64,000 bases of DNA from an uncultured Verrucomicrobiae bacterium (GCA_963762565.1 CAVXLD010000011.1:160001-224000); one strand, 5' to 3'. Shown: positions 46,296 to 57,003, numbered from the stretch's first letter. Notes: a model not told the origin generated them from the letters alone. A program made the numbers and translations.

Positions 46296-48464
46296 ATGCA
46301 ACGTCTACTTAGAAACAAAGCCGGCGGGCCGAATAATTCGGGTCCGGCTTTCTTCGATCAAGGGAAAGCGATCGACTCGAGTCGAGGTGTCGCTATCCGA
46401 AATCTACTCCGGGGTGTAACGACTTTGGGGTCCGTATTAATTCTGTCAGGTCCATGCGCGCTCTTTGCTGCGCAAAACACCATTGAGATGGCTCCGTTGG
46501 TTGCCAAATCGACTTATCTGGCGCCGCTGGATACGACCCAAGAGATCGGTGTAACCCTGTGCTTACCGCTGTCCGACTCGAAGGGCGCCGCGGAATTTGA
46601 GCGCCGGGTCTCGACGCCCGGAGACGCGCTATTCCATCAATACATCACGCCGGAAGAATTTGCGGCTAGGTATGGCGCTAACGCCGCGGATTACGCCGCG
46701 CTCAAAGCATGGGCGGCCACAGTCGGCTTGAAAGTGTCGCAAGAATCGATTGCTCGGACGGTGCTAGGCCTCCGCGGCACCGCTGGCCAGATGCAAACGA
46801 TCTTCAAGACTCAGCTCAACCAGTACAAGGGACCGGATGGGGCGGAGTTTTATTCGGCGAGTTTCAGTCCGACCATTCCGAACGAGATCGCTTCCAAGGT
46901 TTCCAGCGTGCTTGGGTTAACCGGGAGCAGGCAATTTGCACCGCATATTAAGATCGGCAAGGTGCTTGGGGAATCCCCCAAATGGGGTCCTACTACTGAC
47001 GCCACCGGCAAAACGAACGGCACGCACGGAAGCGGTCCTGGTGGAGGTTACACTGCCGCCAATCTACGCACGGCGTATGGTATTCCTGCGTTCGGTAAGT
47101 ATCAGAGCAACACAGTAGTCGCGCTGTTCGAGCAAGGCGGTTTCTCAATCACTGACGTCGCCAAGTATGCGGATGCGAATAATCTGCCATTACCGAAATT
47201 GACGCCGGTTAGCGTTGATAAATCTCCCACCACCGTCTCAAACGCGGGTGTGGAAGGTGAAGCCGTTCTCGACATCGACATGATCATGGGAATCAATCCC
47301 TCTGTATCGGAGATCCGGGTGTACGAGGATTCGATCGATATTTTCCCAACGGCGTTGGTCGACGCATTGACGCAAATTGCTGACGACAAAAAAGTGTCGG
47401 TTGTGAGTATCTCCTACGGAGACGACGAGTACAACCAAGGTAGCGCGGCGATGGAAGCCGAAAACGCCGCTCTGGGACAGCTAACCGGGGAAGGCATTAC
47501 GATCCTGGCGAGTTCTGGTGACCAAGGAGCATACGGACGTGGGCCAAACGGTCCCTACAATGTGGAAGATCCATCTTCTCAACCTTTTGTTACCGGGGTT
47601 GGAGGTACTACTCTGTTCACTGACGGGAACTCCAACTACGAGGGCGAGCAGGTGTGGAATGAATTGGCTAACTTTGCCGGTGCTACTGGCGGCGGAATCA
47701 GCTCCTACTGGACGATTCCATTCTTTCAGTCTTCGGAACCGATATCCAATTATGTGACCCAAAACGGTGGATCTTCCACCTATCGCAACGTGCCGGATGT
47801 GGCTGCGGTTGCCGATCTTTTCACCGGGGTCTCCGTTTACTCGAAGATTAACGGTGGCTGGCTCATCATTGGGGGAACGAGTGTCTCGGCTCCGATTTGG
47901 GCAGGTTACGTCACTCTTATTAATTCGGGTCTTCATTATCTCGGGCTTAAAGATGTCGGCTACTTCAACAGCCTGTTATACGCCGTGGGAGGTCAGGTCA
48001 CCGGAGGCGGCGGAGACGCCGCTTATGAATTATTCGATATCATCGAAGGTACCAACGGCCTCCCTGCAAATATATCTTTCGGAAATCCGGGATTTAGTGC
48101 TGGAGCCGGGTACGATAACTGTTCCGGTAACGGCTCGTTGTGGGGATCAAACTTCTTCCCGCAATTGGCGGACCTTTATGTCGGAGGTAATTTCAACGGA
48201 ATCAGCAATCTGAATGTCGTTGCAGGGTCGACGTCGGCCGTAGCGACCTGGCAGGCGTACCCGGGAGCAACGGGCTACATCGTCCAACTCGCGGATCTTA
48301 ATGTTGGTTTTGCTTATCCTGCGGGTAGTGTCTATCTGACAAAGAACACGACGTTCAAACTCACTGGGCTGATCCCAAATACTGGGGACTACTCACTGAT
48401 TGTTTGGGCAATTACCCCGAATAGCTGGGCTGAGGGAGCTTGGACGTTCTCGACTAGTCCCTAA
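46296..48464 (+). CDS. S53 (sedolisin/kumamolisin) serine peptidase with pro-domain and a C-terminal FN3-like domain
   Basis: Pro-domain YITPEEFAARYG; catalytic EAVLD, SSGDQG, GGTSVSAP; GYDNCSGNGS. Confidence 0.92.
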   Translation: MQRLLRNKAGGPNNSGPAFFDQGKAIDSSRGVAIRNLLRGVTTLGSVLILSGPCALFAAQNTIEMAPLVAKSTYLAPLDTTQEIGVTLCLPLSDSKGAAEFERRVSTPGDALFHQYITPEEFAARYGANAADYAALKAWAATVGLKVSQESIARTVLGLRGTAGQMQTIFKTQLNQYKGPDGAEFYSASFSPTIPNEIASKVSSVLGLTGSRQFAPHIKIGKVLGESPKWGPTTDATGKTNGTHGSGPGGGYTAANLRTAYGIPAFGKYQSNTVVALFEQGGFSITDVAKYADANNLPLPKLTPVSVDKSPTTVSNAGVEGEAVLDIDMIMGINPSVSEIRVYEDSIDIFPTALVDALTQIADDKKVSVVSISYGDDEYNQGSAAMEAENAALGQLTGEGITILASSGDQGAYGRGPNGPYNVEDPSSQPFVTGVGGTTLFTDGNSNYEGEQVWNELANFAGATGGGISSYWTIPFFQSSEPISNYVTQNGGSSTYRNVPDVAAVADLFTGVSVYSKINGGWLIIGGTSVSAPIWAGYVTLINSGLHYLGLKDVGYFNSLLYAVGGQVTGGGGDAAYELFDIIEGTNGLPANISFGNPGFSAGAGYDNCSGNGSLWGSNFFPQLADLYVGGNFNGISNLNVVAGSTSAVATWQAYPGATGYIVQLADLNVGFAYPAGSVYLTKNTTFKLTGLIPNTGDYSLIVWAITPNSWAEGAWTFSTSP

Positions 48465-48485
48465 TCCGGCGGGCCTCGTGATTAG

Positions 48486-48511
48486 CACGGCCGCTGTCAG
48501 GGCGGCCGTGC
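48486..48511 (+). terminator. Hairpin after the S53 gene
   Basis: gcacggccgc-tgtcagg-gcggccgtgc; no clear U-tract; followed by tagcaaa heptamers. Confidence 0.4.
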
Positions 48512-48737
48512 AGTCCTGAAAAGAATAGCAAATAGCAAATAGCAAAATAGCAAATGGGCGGACCAGGGCCGTCTGAGCGGGAACGAGACGCAGCGATCTG
48601 GGCCTAGTCGTTGAGCCGAAAGCCATTGAGGCTAAACCAAGTACTTGGTCGAAGCGATTGCGTTTCAGAGCGGCCGGCGATGGTCAAACGGCCGGAGCTG
48701 GATGAAATGCTCGTTTAAACAGAACGCCTGATTTTCT

Positions 48738-48962
48738 ATGCCGGATCAACTGCCAAAAAGATCTAAGACGCCTGCCCAGGAGGCTTTTGAGACGCTGGCC
48801 TTTTTGTGGGGCGGTCTAGCCGTCGCGGCATTTTTTGGCTGGCAATACAACATGCCGCTCGTTCATCCGCTCGTTCAGCAGATTAACGATGCAGTCAGCC
48901 CGTACACGCTGCCTTGGCTAGAGAAAACCTTTGGGCAAGCGAACCCAGAACTCGGCTTCTAG
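48738..48962 (+). CDS. Small hypothetical membrane protein
   Basis: One TM segment LAFLWGGLAVAAFFGW. Confidence 0.5.
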   Translation: MPDQLPKRSKTPAQEAFETLAFLWGGLAVAAFFGWQYNMPLVHPLVQQINDAVSPYTLPWLEKTFGQANPELGF

Positions 48963-48974
48963 GGAATTAAGAAG

Positions 48975-49190
48975 ATGGAAATTGACGCGATCCGGATCGG
49001 CGCGATCGACAGGCCACAGACTTGGAAACGATTTCTCTCGGCGGCTCTGGATTGGCTAAAGGAAAAGTTCCAAGCCGACTATTCCACTTGCGCGACCGGC
49101 ACCGACTCCAGCGCGATCGACAGCTTAGAGACGCATTGGTATTGGCGGCCTAATACTGGAGAAGCCGAAGCGCGATTACTGGCGGATTGA
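48975..49190 (+). CDS. Small hypothetical protein
   Basis: ATG 12 nt after the upstream stop. Confidence 0.4.
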   Translation: MEIDAIRIGAIDRPQTWKRFLSAALDWLKEKFQADYSTCATGTDSSAIDSLETHWYWRPNTGEAEARLLAD

Positions 49191-49258
49191 AGGCCGATAA
49201 TAGGAGCTTTCGCCCGTCGGAACAGCCCTGGAAACTATCCAGGGCTAGAGGCGCCGAT

Positions 49259-50212
49259 TCAACAATGGAGCTTCGGTTTCAGACTTGCCTGCTCGCAAGG
49301 GAGCTGCGCCCGAAACCAGCGGGCTAACTTACCCGGAACAACATTCCAATATTCGCCCCGGTAGCGCTGATCAACATATCTGAGCAACTCTAAGTATCGG
49401 GCAACCGGGTACCGCCAGCCAGAGGTGGCCTTCTCTTTAAATGTCAGATAGTCAGGATGAACGTTCACCAAAGCCATGCCGCCGTGCTCAGCCACCCAGT
49501 CAAGCTTTCGTTGCCAGATCTCGGCTGATTGCTCCTGCAAGAGAATGAACAAAGTAGAGTCTTGCGCCAGGGTGTAAGGAAGCTCAATGTACCCCGGTCG
49601 CCCATTCTTTGCCGGAACCAGAAATGGAAAGATCGTGTTCATGCAATCAGGTTGCGGTTCGAATGGATCTGTGTCGAAGGTCGAAGCGTCATATTCAATA
49701 TCGAGTTCCCGGATCCAATCTAAATCGTGAAACATAAAGGCGGCCCGAAATCCGGTCGCGTTCCACTCGTCCAAGTAATGATTAATTGAACGAGCTTGCT
49801 GTTGGTACTTTTTACGGGATTGAAACAGGTTGCGGTCGTGACGCAAGTCATGTACGCCAACCTCGAATCCCTGGGCGAGCAGCCAATCCCGCAATTCCTT
49901 TGGCGATAAATATTCACCTTCTGGCACGAAATTGAATGAGGAACGAAAGCCCAGGGCTAAGTCTAACTCGGCGAGTTCTCTCACTCGATCTAGCCCTGGC
50001 TGACCTTCGACGTCGTGAGTTAGCACGAATGCGAACCGCTTCCCCTCAGGCCATCCTTGCCAGCCTTCCGGGCGCCTGCCTGCGCTTTCCAGGATCGGCC
50101 ACACTCGCCCAGCGCTCCGCAACTGCCGCCTGACCAACCATCTGCGACATGCCAGCCGTAGCTGCGAATTCAGGTAAGGCTTGATAGAATAATAAAGTTG
50201 TCGTGCTAGCAT
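49259..50212 (-). CDS. Polysaccharide deacetylase-like (CE4 fold) protein
   Basis: FVLTHDVE, FEVGVHD, GFRAA, YDAST, ELPYTL.QD, NVHPDY. Confidence 0.8.
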   Translation of the reverse strand: MLARQLYYSIKPYLNSQLRLACRRWLVRRQLRSAGRVWPILESAGRRPEGWQGWPEGKRFAFVLTHDVEGQPGLDRVRELAELDLALGFRSSFNFVPEGEYLSPKELRDWLLAQGFEVGVHDLRHDRNLFQSRKKYQQQARSINHYLDEWNATGFRAAFMFHDLDWIRELDIEYDASTFDTDPFEPQPDCMNTIFPFLVPAKNGRPGYIELPYTLAQDSTLFILLQEQSAEIWQRKLDWVAEHGGMALVNVHPDYLTFKEKATSGWRYPVARYLELLRYVDQRYRGEYWNVVPGKLARWFRAQLPCEQASLKPKLHC

Positions 50213-50294
50213 CTATTTCAATGGGCAGCCGCTCTACACCGGCAGTCCGCGGTGCATCCGATGGACGACGGAATCGGTAAACTCAGCAGGGTAC

Positions 50295-51377
50295 TCACGC
50301 GATATGCCGGTAGAGTATTCTTCCGCACCAGCGCAAAACTGGTACCGGCATCATGCTAAAGATCCGGTTGTGAAAGCCGGAAGCCTGATCCGTATCTTCC
50401 ATGAATCGATTCTTCCTGAAATTGAATCGATAATAGTGAACCATGCTTTCCTCTGTTCCCCACCCAAGCTTATATCTACGAAGACCCTCATTCGTGATGG
50501 AGGTCCGGCCAAAGTCAAGTGTCACGAATGCTTGCCTTTTCAGATGACAAATGGACTCCCACATCACGAGGTTGTTACCCCGGAGGTGCAGGTCGTCCTT
50601 ATCCGAAGCGCCAAACTTGTAGTACGCCCGTGTACCTTGATGCAAAAAGACAGCGCCAGCAATCGGTTTCGTTTTCGCTCGGGCGATCGTGACAAATCCC
50701 AGCCCTTTTTGTAAGAGGTTTCTCTGAATGCTTCGGAAGAATTTTACCGGCTGAGGCGGAATTCCATGGTTCTTCCGTGTTAGACAATGAAGCGAGTAGT
50801 ACGCGTCCATCAACCCGCTGGAGGAACCGATTTCTACGACTAACCCGTTCCGTTGGGCTTGACGCACATGTCGTCGCACGGCGTCCCTACAGCCCTTAAA
50901 AAGGTGGTCACACCCCGGCGACAAATCCAAGGAGTGCGTATAGAAAACAAGGCTTGGAACAGCGAACTCTGGTACGTTTGCTTCTCCATGTAAGACCAGG
51001 CTTTTCCACCCCCTAGCCCGCGCTTCCTTCAAAACTGGAGAGAGCAGCACACCTGGTTCGATATTCTCACTAGTTAGAGCTTCCGACCGATCCGTGAAAG
51101 GCAGCGCCACTCCTCGATAGCCTGTGAACCAACGTCTCACCTCCATGCACGGTAGGAGCCCCAACAAGCCATTATCCCTCCGCACTAAAAAGTAGGTGGG
51201 CTGGTATCCATAAGTTTCGCATAGTACCCTGGCCCAAGCCGAACCATGGAAGATCGTCGCTTTAGCATAGGACTTCAGAAAATTATCCCACTGGCCGTTT
51301 AGCAATGGATTCACAATCTCGACGCTTTCGGACAGGCCGGATCGTTCGAGATAGTCTCTGACTGCTTGAACCTGCAT
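50295..51377 (-). CDS. FemAB-like GNAT acyltransferase (polysaccharide-associated)
   Basis: ATIFH, LPFTD, RRHVRQA, NNLVMWE, LDFGRT, GLRRYKLGWG. Confidence 0.85.
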   Translation of the reverse strand: MQVQAVRDYLERSGLSESVEIVNPLLNGQWDNFLKSYAKATIFHGSAWARVLCETYGYQPTYFLVRRDNGLLGLLPCMEVRRWFTGYRGVALPFTDRSEALTSENIEPGVLLSPVLKEARARGWKSLVLHGEANVPEFAVPSLVFYTHSLDLSPGCDHLFKGCRDAVRRHVRQAQRNGLVVEIGSSSGLMDAYYSLHCLTRKNHGIPPQPVKFFRSIQRNLLQKGLGFVTIARAKTKPIAGAVFLHQGTRAYYKFGASDKDDLHLRGNNLVMWESICHLKRQAFVTLDFGRTSITNEGLRRYKLGWGTEESMVHYYRFNFRKNRFMEDTDQASGFHNRIFSMMPVPVLRWCGRILYRHIA

Positions 51378-51910
51378 TTTGAGCGCTTACTGTTGTGCGA
51401 TCCACTTACCAACACGTTCATTCATTTTCCGATCAGCTCCGTCTCAGTCGGCGTTAGCTTTATAGCGTCGCTCAGTGATGGTGTTCGGGTCGCGTGGCCC
51501 GAGTGGTCGTGAGCTTCGGAGAAAAAAATAAGGCCCGGCTAGGCGTTTTCTCCACAATAGGCCTTTGGAGCATTCGGACCGCTACAGGACTAGAAGAGCT
51601 ATGGCGGGATCAGACTATCGGCGACGACCTGGGTCTTCAACCCCGGAAGTCAATCCGGCTACCCGACCTTCTCCCAGCCCGAGTCCCGAAGTAAATCCGG
51701 CACAGGAAAACGACCGCGAAGGACAGCCCGAAACGCATATGAACTAACCGCTGAATGAAGACCTTCAATTGTGAACTGGCAAGATGCTTTTCAGCGGAAG
51801 AATAGGTTTGGCTAACGGAGCGCTCTAGCAAGAACGGCCCCATCAACGACAAGATGAAACACGTCCGCCAGGTCCTTCGCCGCCGATCCAGAGCGGAACC
51901 TCAGATTTTT

Positions 51911-52144
51911 ATGAAACCGGAAGAAATTGTTCTGCTGCCAGCGACTCACGAGACCGTTGCGTGTTTCCACGTCAAAGAAGATCTTGTTTCCAACTTTCTT
52001 CGCCATCTCGAGAGCGAAGGGATAGAGGTCACCGAGCCGCCCCAACGCCAGGGAAATCCAGAAATGCCCTTCGTAAAAGTGAACGTCGAAGAGGGAATTC
52101 CGGAAGCAAAGCTCCAACAAGCACTCGATGATTTCAAAAGATAA
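51911..52144 (+). CDS. Small hypothetical protein
   Basis: MKPEEIVLLPA... protein-like, ends 23 nt before treZ. Confidence 0.55.
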   Translation: MKPEEIVLLPATHETVACFHVKEDLVSNFLRHLESEGIEVTEPPQRQGNPEMPFVKVNVEEGIPEAKLQQALDDFKR

Positions 52145-52167
52145 CCGGTAACCTTGCAGGTAGTTCG

Positions 52168-54075
52168 ATGGAATACTATCGACGGATGCCGATCGGCGCC
52201 GAGGTACAGCGGAATAGGGGCGGCGTGCATTTCCGGGTTTGGTCAACGACTGCGTCGAACGTTAGGGTTCGGGTGAGTGGTGATGCCGAGGTCAACAACA
52301 GCCCGGTGCGGGCTGTCCTGAATCCGGAGGGCAATCACTATTTTTCCGGCTATGTACCCGAGGCCAAAGCCGGCGATTTCTACAAGTTCATTATTGACGA
52401 ACGCCTCTTGCCCGATCCGGCAGCTCGTGCTCAGTACGGCGGCCCGCATGGACCCTCCATGATCATCGATTCAGACGACTACACCTGGCAGGACGAACAT
52501 TGGAATGGGGTTCCCTCCGAAACTCAAATTATTTATGAGATGCACCTCGGCACTTTCACTGCTGAAGGTACCTGGACCGGCGCGCGCGGACGTATTGGTT
52601 ATCTTAGTGACCTAGGCGTGACGGTCATTGAGATTATGCCACTCGCCGAATTCAGCGGCAAATTCGGCTGGGGGTATGATGGTGTCTGTCTATTTGCACC
52701 ATCGGCATTGTATGGCCAACCTCACGAGGCGAAACGTTTCATCGATGAATGCCACCGGGCCGGAATTTCGGTAATCCTGGACGTGGTTTACAATCACGTC
52801 GGGCAGGACGGCAATTATCTCCCCCTCTTTTCGCCCGACTACTTCACCGATCGGTATCAAACGGAGTGGGGAAAACCCTTCAACTTTGACGGGCTTAATT
52901 CGGGACCCGTTCGTGAATTTTTTGTTGAGAATGCCAAGTACTGGATCCGCGAGTTTCATTTCGACGGATTCAGGTTTGATGCTACCCAGCAAATTTTCGA
53001 TACTTCTCCCCGGCATATTCTCGCTGAAATTTCCGCAGCTGTGAGGGAAGCGGCGGGAACTCGCCGGCTTTACCTCGTGGCCGAGAATGAGCCTCAATGC
53101 GTAAAGCTGGTGCAGTCTCCGGAAGAAGGGGGATATGGATTAGATTCAGTCTGGAATGATGATTTTCATCATTCAGCGATCGTTGCCCTTACCGGGCGGG
53201 CTGAAGCTTACTATTGTGATTACCAGGGCTATGCGCAGGAATTTCTGTCCGCGGCTAAATGGGGTTTTCTGTACCAGGGGCAATATTACGCCTGGCAAAA
53301 GAAGAATCGGGGTACCTGGGCGGTAGGCCTATCTCCCGATCGTTTTGTAAACTTCATTCAAAACCACGATCAAGTGGCGAACTCGCTTGCCGGTCATCGC
53401 GTCCATACCTTAGCCGGATCAGGGGCGGTACGAGCCATGACCACGTTGCTCTTGCTTGGCCCGTGGACGCCGATGCTTTTCCAGGGTGAAGAATTCGCGG
53501 CTTCCACCCCGTTTCTCTACTTTGCGGACCAGCCGCCAGAGATAGCATCGAAGACAGCGGAAGGACGAGCCGAGTTTCTCAAGCAATTCCCGAGCTTGTC
53601 TTCACCTGAGGTTGCGCAACATCTGCCGAACCCAAACGACCATTCGACTTTCGAGCAATGCAAATTGAATTTTGAAGATCTGCAGACACATGAGCCGATT
53701 TATTCGCTGCACAAACACCTCATCGCTCTTCGTCGATCCGACCCGGTAATCAATGGCCGGGAAAGACATTTCCTGGATGGTGCAGTTTATGGGCCTCATC
53801 TGCTGATACTTCGGTATTTCGGACTGGCATCCGGTAATGACCGGCTGGCCATTATCAATTTTGATCGAGATCAGGTCATTTCGCCTGCGCCTATTCCGCT
53901 TTTGGCTGCGCCGCCGGATCGAGCCTGGGAACTCATCTTTTCGTCAGAGGATCCTCAGTACTCCGGTCAGGGCGCTCCGGCGATTCATTTTGACGAGCGA
54001 CTCAGAGTAGCCGGGTATTCGGCGACCGTCTTCAAGAGCAGCCCAAGTCAGTTGATGGGATTTGTCGCGGGGTGA
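52168..54075 (+). CDS. treZ: Malto-oligosyltrehalose trehalohydrolase (GH13)
   Basis: IYEMHLGTFT, WGYDGV, DVVYNH, GFRFDAT, AENEPQ, WNDDFHH, QNHDQVAN, PMLFQGEEF. Confidence 0.9.
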   Translation: MEYYRRMPIGAEVQRNRGGVHFRVWSTTASNVRVRVSGDAEVNNSPVRAVLNPEGNHYFSGYVPEAKAGDFYKFIIDERLLPDPAARAQYGGPHGPSMIIDSDDYTWQDEHWNGVPSETQIIYEMHLGTFTAEGTWTGARGRIGYLSDLGVTVIEIMPLAEFSGKFGWGYDGVCLFAPSALYGQPHEAKRFIDECHRAGISVILDVVYNHVGQDGNYLPLFSPDYFTDRYQTEWGKPFNFDGLNSGPVREFFVENAKYWIREFHFDGFRFDATQQIFDTSPRHILAEISAAVREAAGTRRLYLVAENEPQCVKLVQSPEEGGYGLDSVWNDDFHHSAIVALTGRAEAYYCDYQGYAQEFLSAAKWGFLYQGQYYAWQKKNRGTWAVGLSPDRFVNFIQNHDQVANSLAGHRVHTLAGSGAVRAMTTLLLLGPWTPMLFQGEEFAASTPFLYFADQPPEIASKTAEGRAEFLKQFPSLSSPEVAQHLPNPNDHSTFEQCKLNFEDLQTHEPIYSLHKHLIALRRSDPVINGRERHFLDGAVYGPHLLILRYFGLASGNDRLAIINFDRDQVISPAPIPLLAAPPDRAWELIFSSEDPQYSGQGAPAIHFDERLRVAGYSATVFKSSPSQLMGFVAG

Positions 54076-54410
54076 CACTGAATCCGTCGGAACTTGTCGG
54101 CCGATGTGGAGTTCAGTCAAAGACGGACCCAGCGCGAAGCCTCGCATCCGGTCTTCTACACCCATAACCCAATGCCGGGAGTTTTTATTCCTCGCTCGGG
54201 AGCTTACAGCCTCCTTGCTACTTAAATCTCCAAAACCTTGGTGCTTAAACGGTCTGTAGGCTAAGTTTTGTTTGGCGCTTCGCACCGCTGCTGGCCTTCA
54301 CTTTTTCTTTAACGGCTTGGCGGCTATTCTGATTGTGCTCGACAGAAATTCTGGCGGGCATAGCCTTTGTCTGGTAGGTCGTAATTCATTGTCTAAGAAC
54401 CATTTCTTCA

Positions 54411-55121
54411 ATGAGACTTCCGAACTGGTTCAAAGTTGTCTGGTGGGCCTTGCTTATTGCTCTCCTAACTTTTTTTCTCTTACAAAGATATCCAGACCTG
54501 GTTGAGGGCCGGGCCGCACCTTTCGATGTGTTTGTGTTCTCGGTTTGGGCAGCTCTCGTTCTCGTTCCTCTTTTCCAGGAACTCAATTTATTCGGACTGG
54601 AATTGAAGCAGGAAGTTCGGGAGCTAAGATCTGAACTCAAATCCGAGTTTGTGAACCTGCGCACCCAAATTCGGAGTACTGCCGAGGCTGAAGCGCGGGT
54701 TAATTTGGTGCCCTTGCCGGACGCCGAGCTGCCAGCTCTAGAAAAGCGCGCTCAAGTCGCTATCAAAAAGACCATCCAACAACATGGCTCACCACACGAG
54801 CCGAGTCTTACTTCGCGGATTTCAGTGGACGATTACACGCAGGCCCTCTTTGAGGCGCGCTACAGTATCGAACGCGAGCTACGACGAATCGCAGCAGCAC
54901 GCCTCGACATCAGTGGGGAAGGTAGTCCGCGCCCGATCACGGAGATCATTGGGACGCTAGTCGAATCGCAATTGCTTGATTTCGGACTCGCCACCGCGAT
55001 CAGGGAAGTTTATGCCATCTGTTCTTTTGCTGTCCACGGACAGACTCCGTCCGAGGCGCAGGTCCGCTTCGTGGAGAATGTCCTCCCTGGTTTGTTAAAG
55101 GCGTTGCATGCGATTCATTGA
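54411..55121 (+). CDS. Hypothetical protein with two TMs, a coiled coil and a DUF4145/HEPN-like helical C-terminus
   Basis: Two hydrophobic helices, FGLELKQEVREL, IERELRR, CSFAVHG. Confidence 0.65.
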   Translation: MRLPNWFKVVWWALLIALLTFFLLQRYPDLVEGRAAPFDVFVFSVWAALVLVPLFQELNLFGLELKQEVRELRSELKSEFVNLRTQIRSTAEAEARVNLVPLPDAELPALEKRAQVAIKKTIQQHGSPHEPSLTSRISVDDYTQALFEARYSIERELRRIAAARLDISGEGSPRPITEIIGTLVESQLLDFGLATAIREVYAICSFAVHGQTPSEAQVRFVENVLPGLLKALHAIH

Positions 55122-55172
55122 AAACTCAATCCGCTAGCGGCGTACTGGGCGGAAGTTCGCAAAGACGGATTC

Positions 55173-55340
55173 TTTGAACAGAAGTTAGCAAGGGTAGCAA
55201 AGTTTACAGTTCCCGGAGGTCGTTTCCGAGATAAGGATCAAGCCAGGTTTTGGCGGTGATTTCGACCCAATTACTTAGTTTGTAGCGTGTCTACCTTTGC
55301 CTCTGTTGCGGCTATGCCGCGCTGTTACCTTCTGTTCAAA
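55173..55340. repeat. 9-nt periodic inverted repeat
   Basis: tttgaacagaagttagcaagggtagcaaag ... gctgttaccttctgttcaaa. Confidence 0.65.
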
Positions 55341-55462
55341 AATCTGCTTTGCATCCTTGCTGTATGAGAAGGAATTGGGCAACGGCCCGTATAGACGCGA
55401 CCCCAATTTCGCCCCCCGATTTCTGAAGGCTGCCAGACTTATAATCGCGACCAGTCCGGCCG

Positions 55463-56110
55463 TTATTGAGTCGGGATGATGACTTCTACACGGCGATTTT
55501 TGGCCCGGCCGTCGGGATTGTCTGCTCCGTTAGCTCCGGTGTTTGGCGCAACCGGATTAGCCTTACCGAACCCTCTGGTCTGCAGTCCCGTTGCCGGAAC
55601 ACCGCCCTGAGTGGTTAGCCATTGCTTGACCGAGGTGGCCCGGCCCTCTGAAAGCCTTTGGTTGTAGGGATCACTCCCTTTCGAGTCTGTGTAACCATTG
55701 ATCAGCACCGATCCTTTTGACTTGGAGCGGATAATCGTGGCCAGCTTTTTGAGGGTTTCTTCTGCCGCGGGTTTCAGGTTCGTTTTGTCGAAGTCAAACA
55801 GCACATCACCTGGTAGTTCGACTCGGATTTCGGTTTTCCTGACGTCCGCACCCAGATCGGTCATTGCCTTAGCTAAGTCCTGGACATTTGCCTTCAAACC
55901 CACCGGTCCGCCTCCCACGCCTTGGGTCGAGCCTCCTATTCCCTGAGATATGCCGACAATAGCCCGGATATCGCTGTTCAGCGTCAGAGGGGCGTTCCGC
56001 GGGTCGGCCGGATTGATACTCCTGATGTCAGGCGTCTGCGCCTGTAGAGGCGTCGCGTCCGCGCCGAAAAGCAAAGCCGCGGCCAAGACCGCGCTTAGTT
56101 TTGGGCTCAT
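55463..56110 (-). CDS. OmpA-family peptidoglycan-binding protein
   Basis: DVLFDFDK, GYTDSKG, LSEGRA, NRRVEV; signal peptide. Confidence 0.92.
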   Translation of the reverse strand: MSPKLSAVLAAALLFGADATPLQAQTPDIRSINPADPRNAPLTLNSDIRAIVGISQGIGGSTQGVGGGPVGLKANVQDLAKAMTDLGADVRKTEIRVELPGDVLFDFDKTNLKPAAEETLKKLATIIRSKSKGSVLINGYTDSKGSDPYNQRLSEGRATSVKQWLTTQGGVPATGLQTRGFGKANPVAPNTGANGADNPDGRAKNRRVEVIIPTQ

Positions 56111-56583
56111 TGGGAGATGGGCAGGTCTTCAAAAGGCAAGATATCAGGGATCACCAAATTGATCTTAGTCGTTGTCGCAGGTGGAGCCGGGAATTTGAAC
56201 CACACGATGAGTTTTCCAGCGGCTGGAATAGGCAACGAGCCGCTTCCATCCCAACCAGTCCCGATGTTTCCACCAACCGCCGGTGCAGCCAGAAAGGCGT
56301 TCTGGCTGTCCTTAAGGACCTGGTATTTCTTCTTGTCCTGTGTATCCAGAAAGTAGACGTCAGCCAACTTATAAGAACGAATATTAGCGTCGCTGGTGCC
56401 TTTATTCCGGTACATAAGCTGGATGGTCAGAATGCCTTCCTTCGCAGCGGCCTTGATCACGTCCACTTCGAGATCACCTTGGGTGGCCGGTTGGGTTTGG
56501 ATTGCATCTGCCGGGCTGGGCAGTGTACCGGTTAGCAAGAGCAAGCCGGGAAGCAACGGGAGGAGGAGCTGCTGAAGTTTCAT
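56107..56583 (-). CDS. Secreted beta-sandwich-like protein coupled to the OmpA gene
   Basis: Signal peptide; YFLD...KKYQVLKD, WFKFPAPP; 4-nt overlap with the OmpA gene. Confidence 0.75.
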   Translation of the reverse strand: MKLQQLLLPLLPGLLLLTGTLPSPADAIQTQPATQGDLEVDVIKAAAKEGILTIQLMYRNKGTSDANIRSYKLADVYFLDTQDKKKYQVLKDSQNAFLAAPAVGGNIGTGWDGSGSLPIPAAGKLIVWFKFPAPPATTTKINLVIPDILPFEDLPISQ

Positions 56584-57003
56584 AGAACGCACCAAAATGT
56601 TTTTGGTTTGGGTTATGCCCCGCGTGACCGCTAACCCAGCTTCGTATATCAATCAGGGTTGCCATGTGCAAGGATAAAGCTGACGGGACCCCTCGCTCGT
56701 TGGCCAGGCGACGCCGTGAGCATCTCCATTGAGTATTGGGCAGCGGCTCCAGACGGTCGCGCGCTCCCATTTTTCTTTTTGAGCGCGAGGAACGAGCGAG
56801 CAAGAATCAAAAGCAAAATACAGTTACTCTTCCAGCGCGGAGCGGAAGCGAGCTCAAGCTTAAAACGGAATAAATGGGGGTAGCCCGTAGGGGGCAACGT
56901 TTATGCCGGATTTGAGCTTGAACTCGCCGGAGAGGAGCGGTAGCGGAATCACCCGGAGAGAGGAATGAGAAGTGAACGCTGAACGGTGGGAAGTGATTGG
57001 TGA

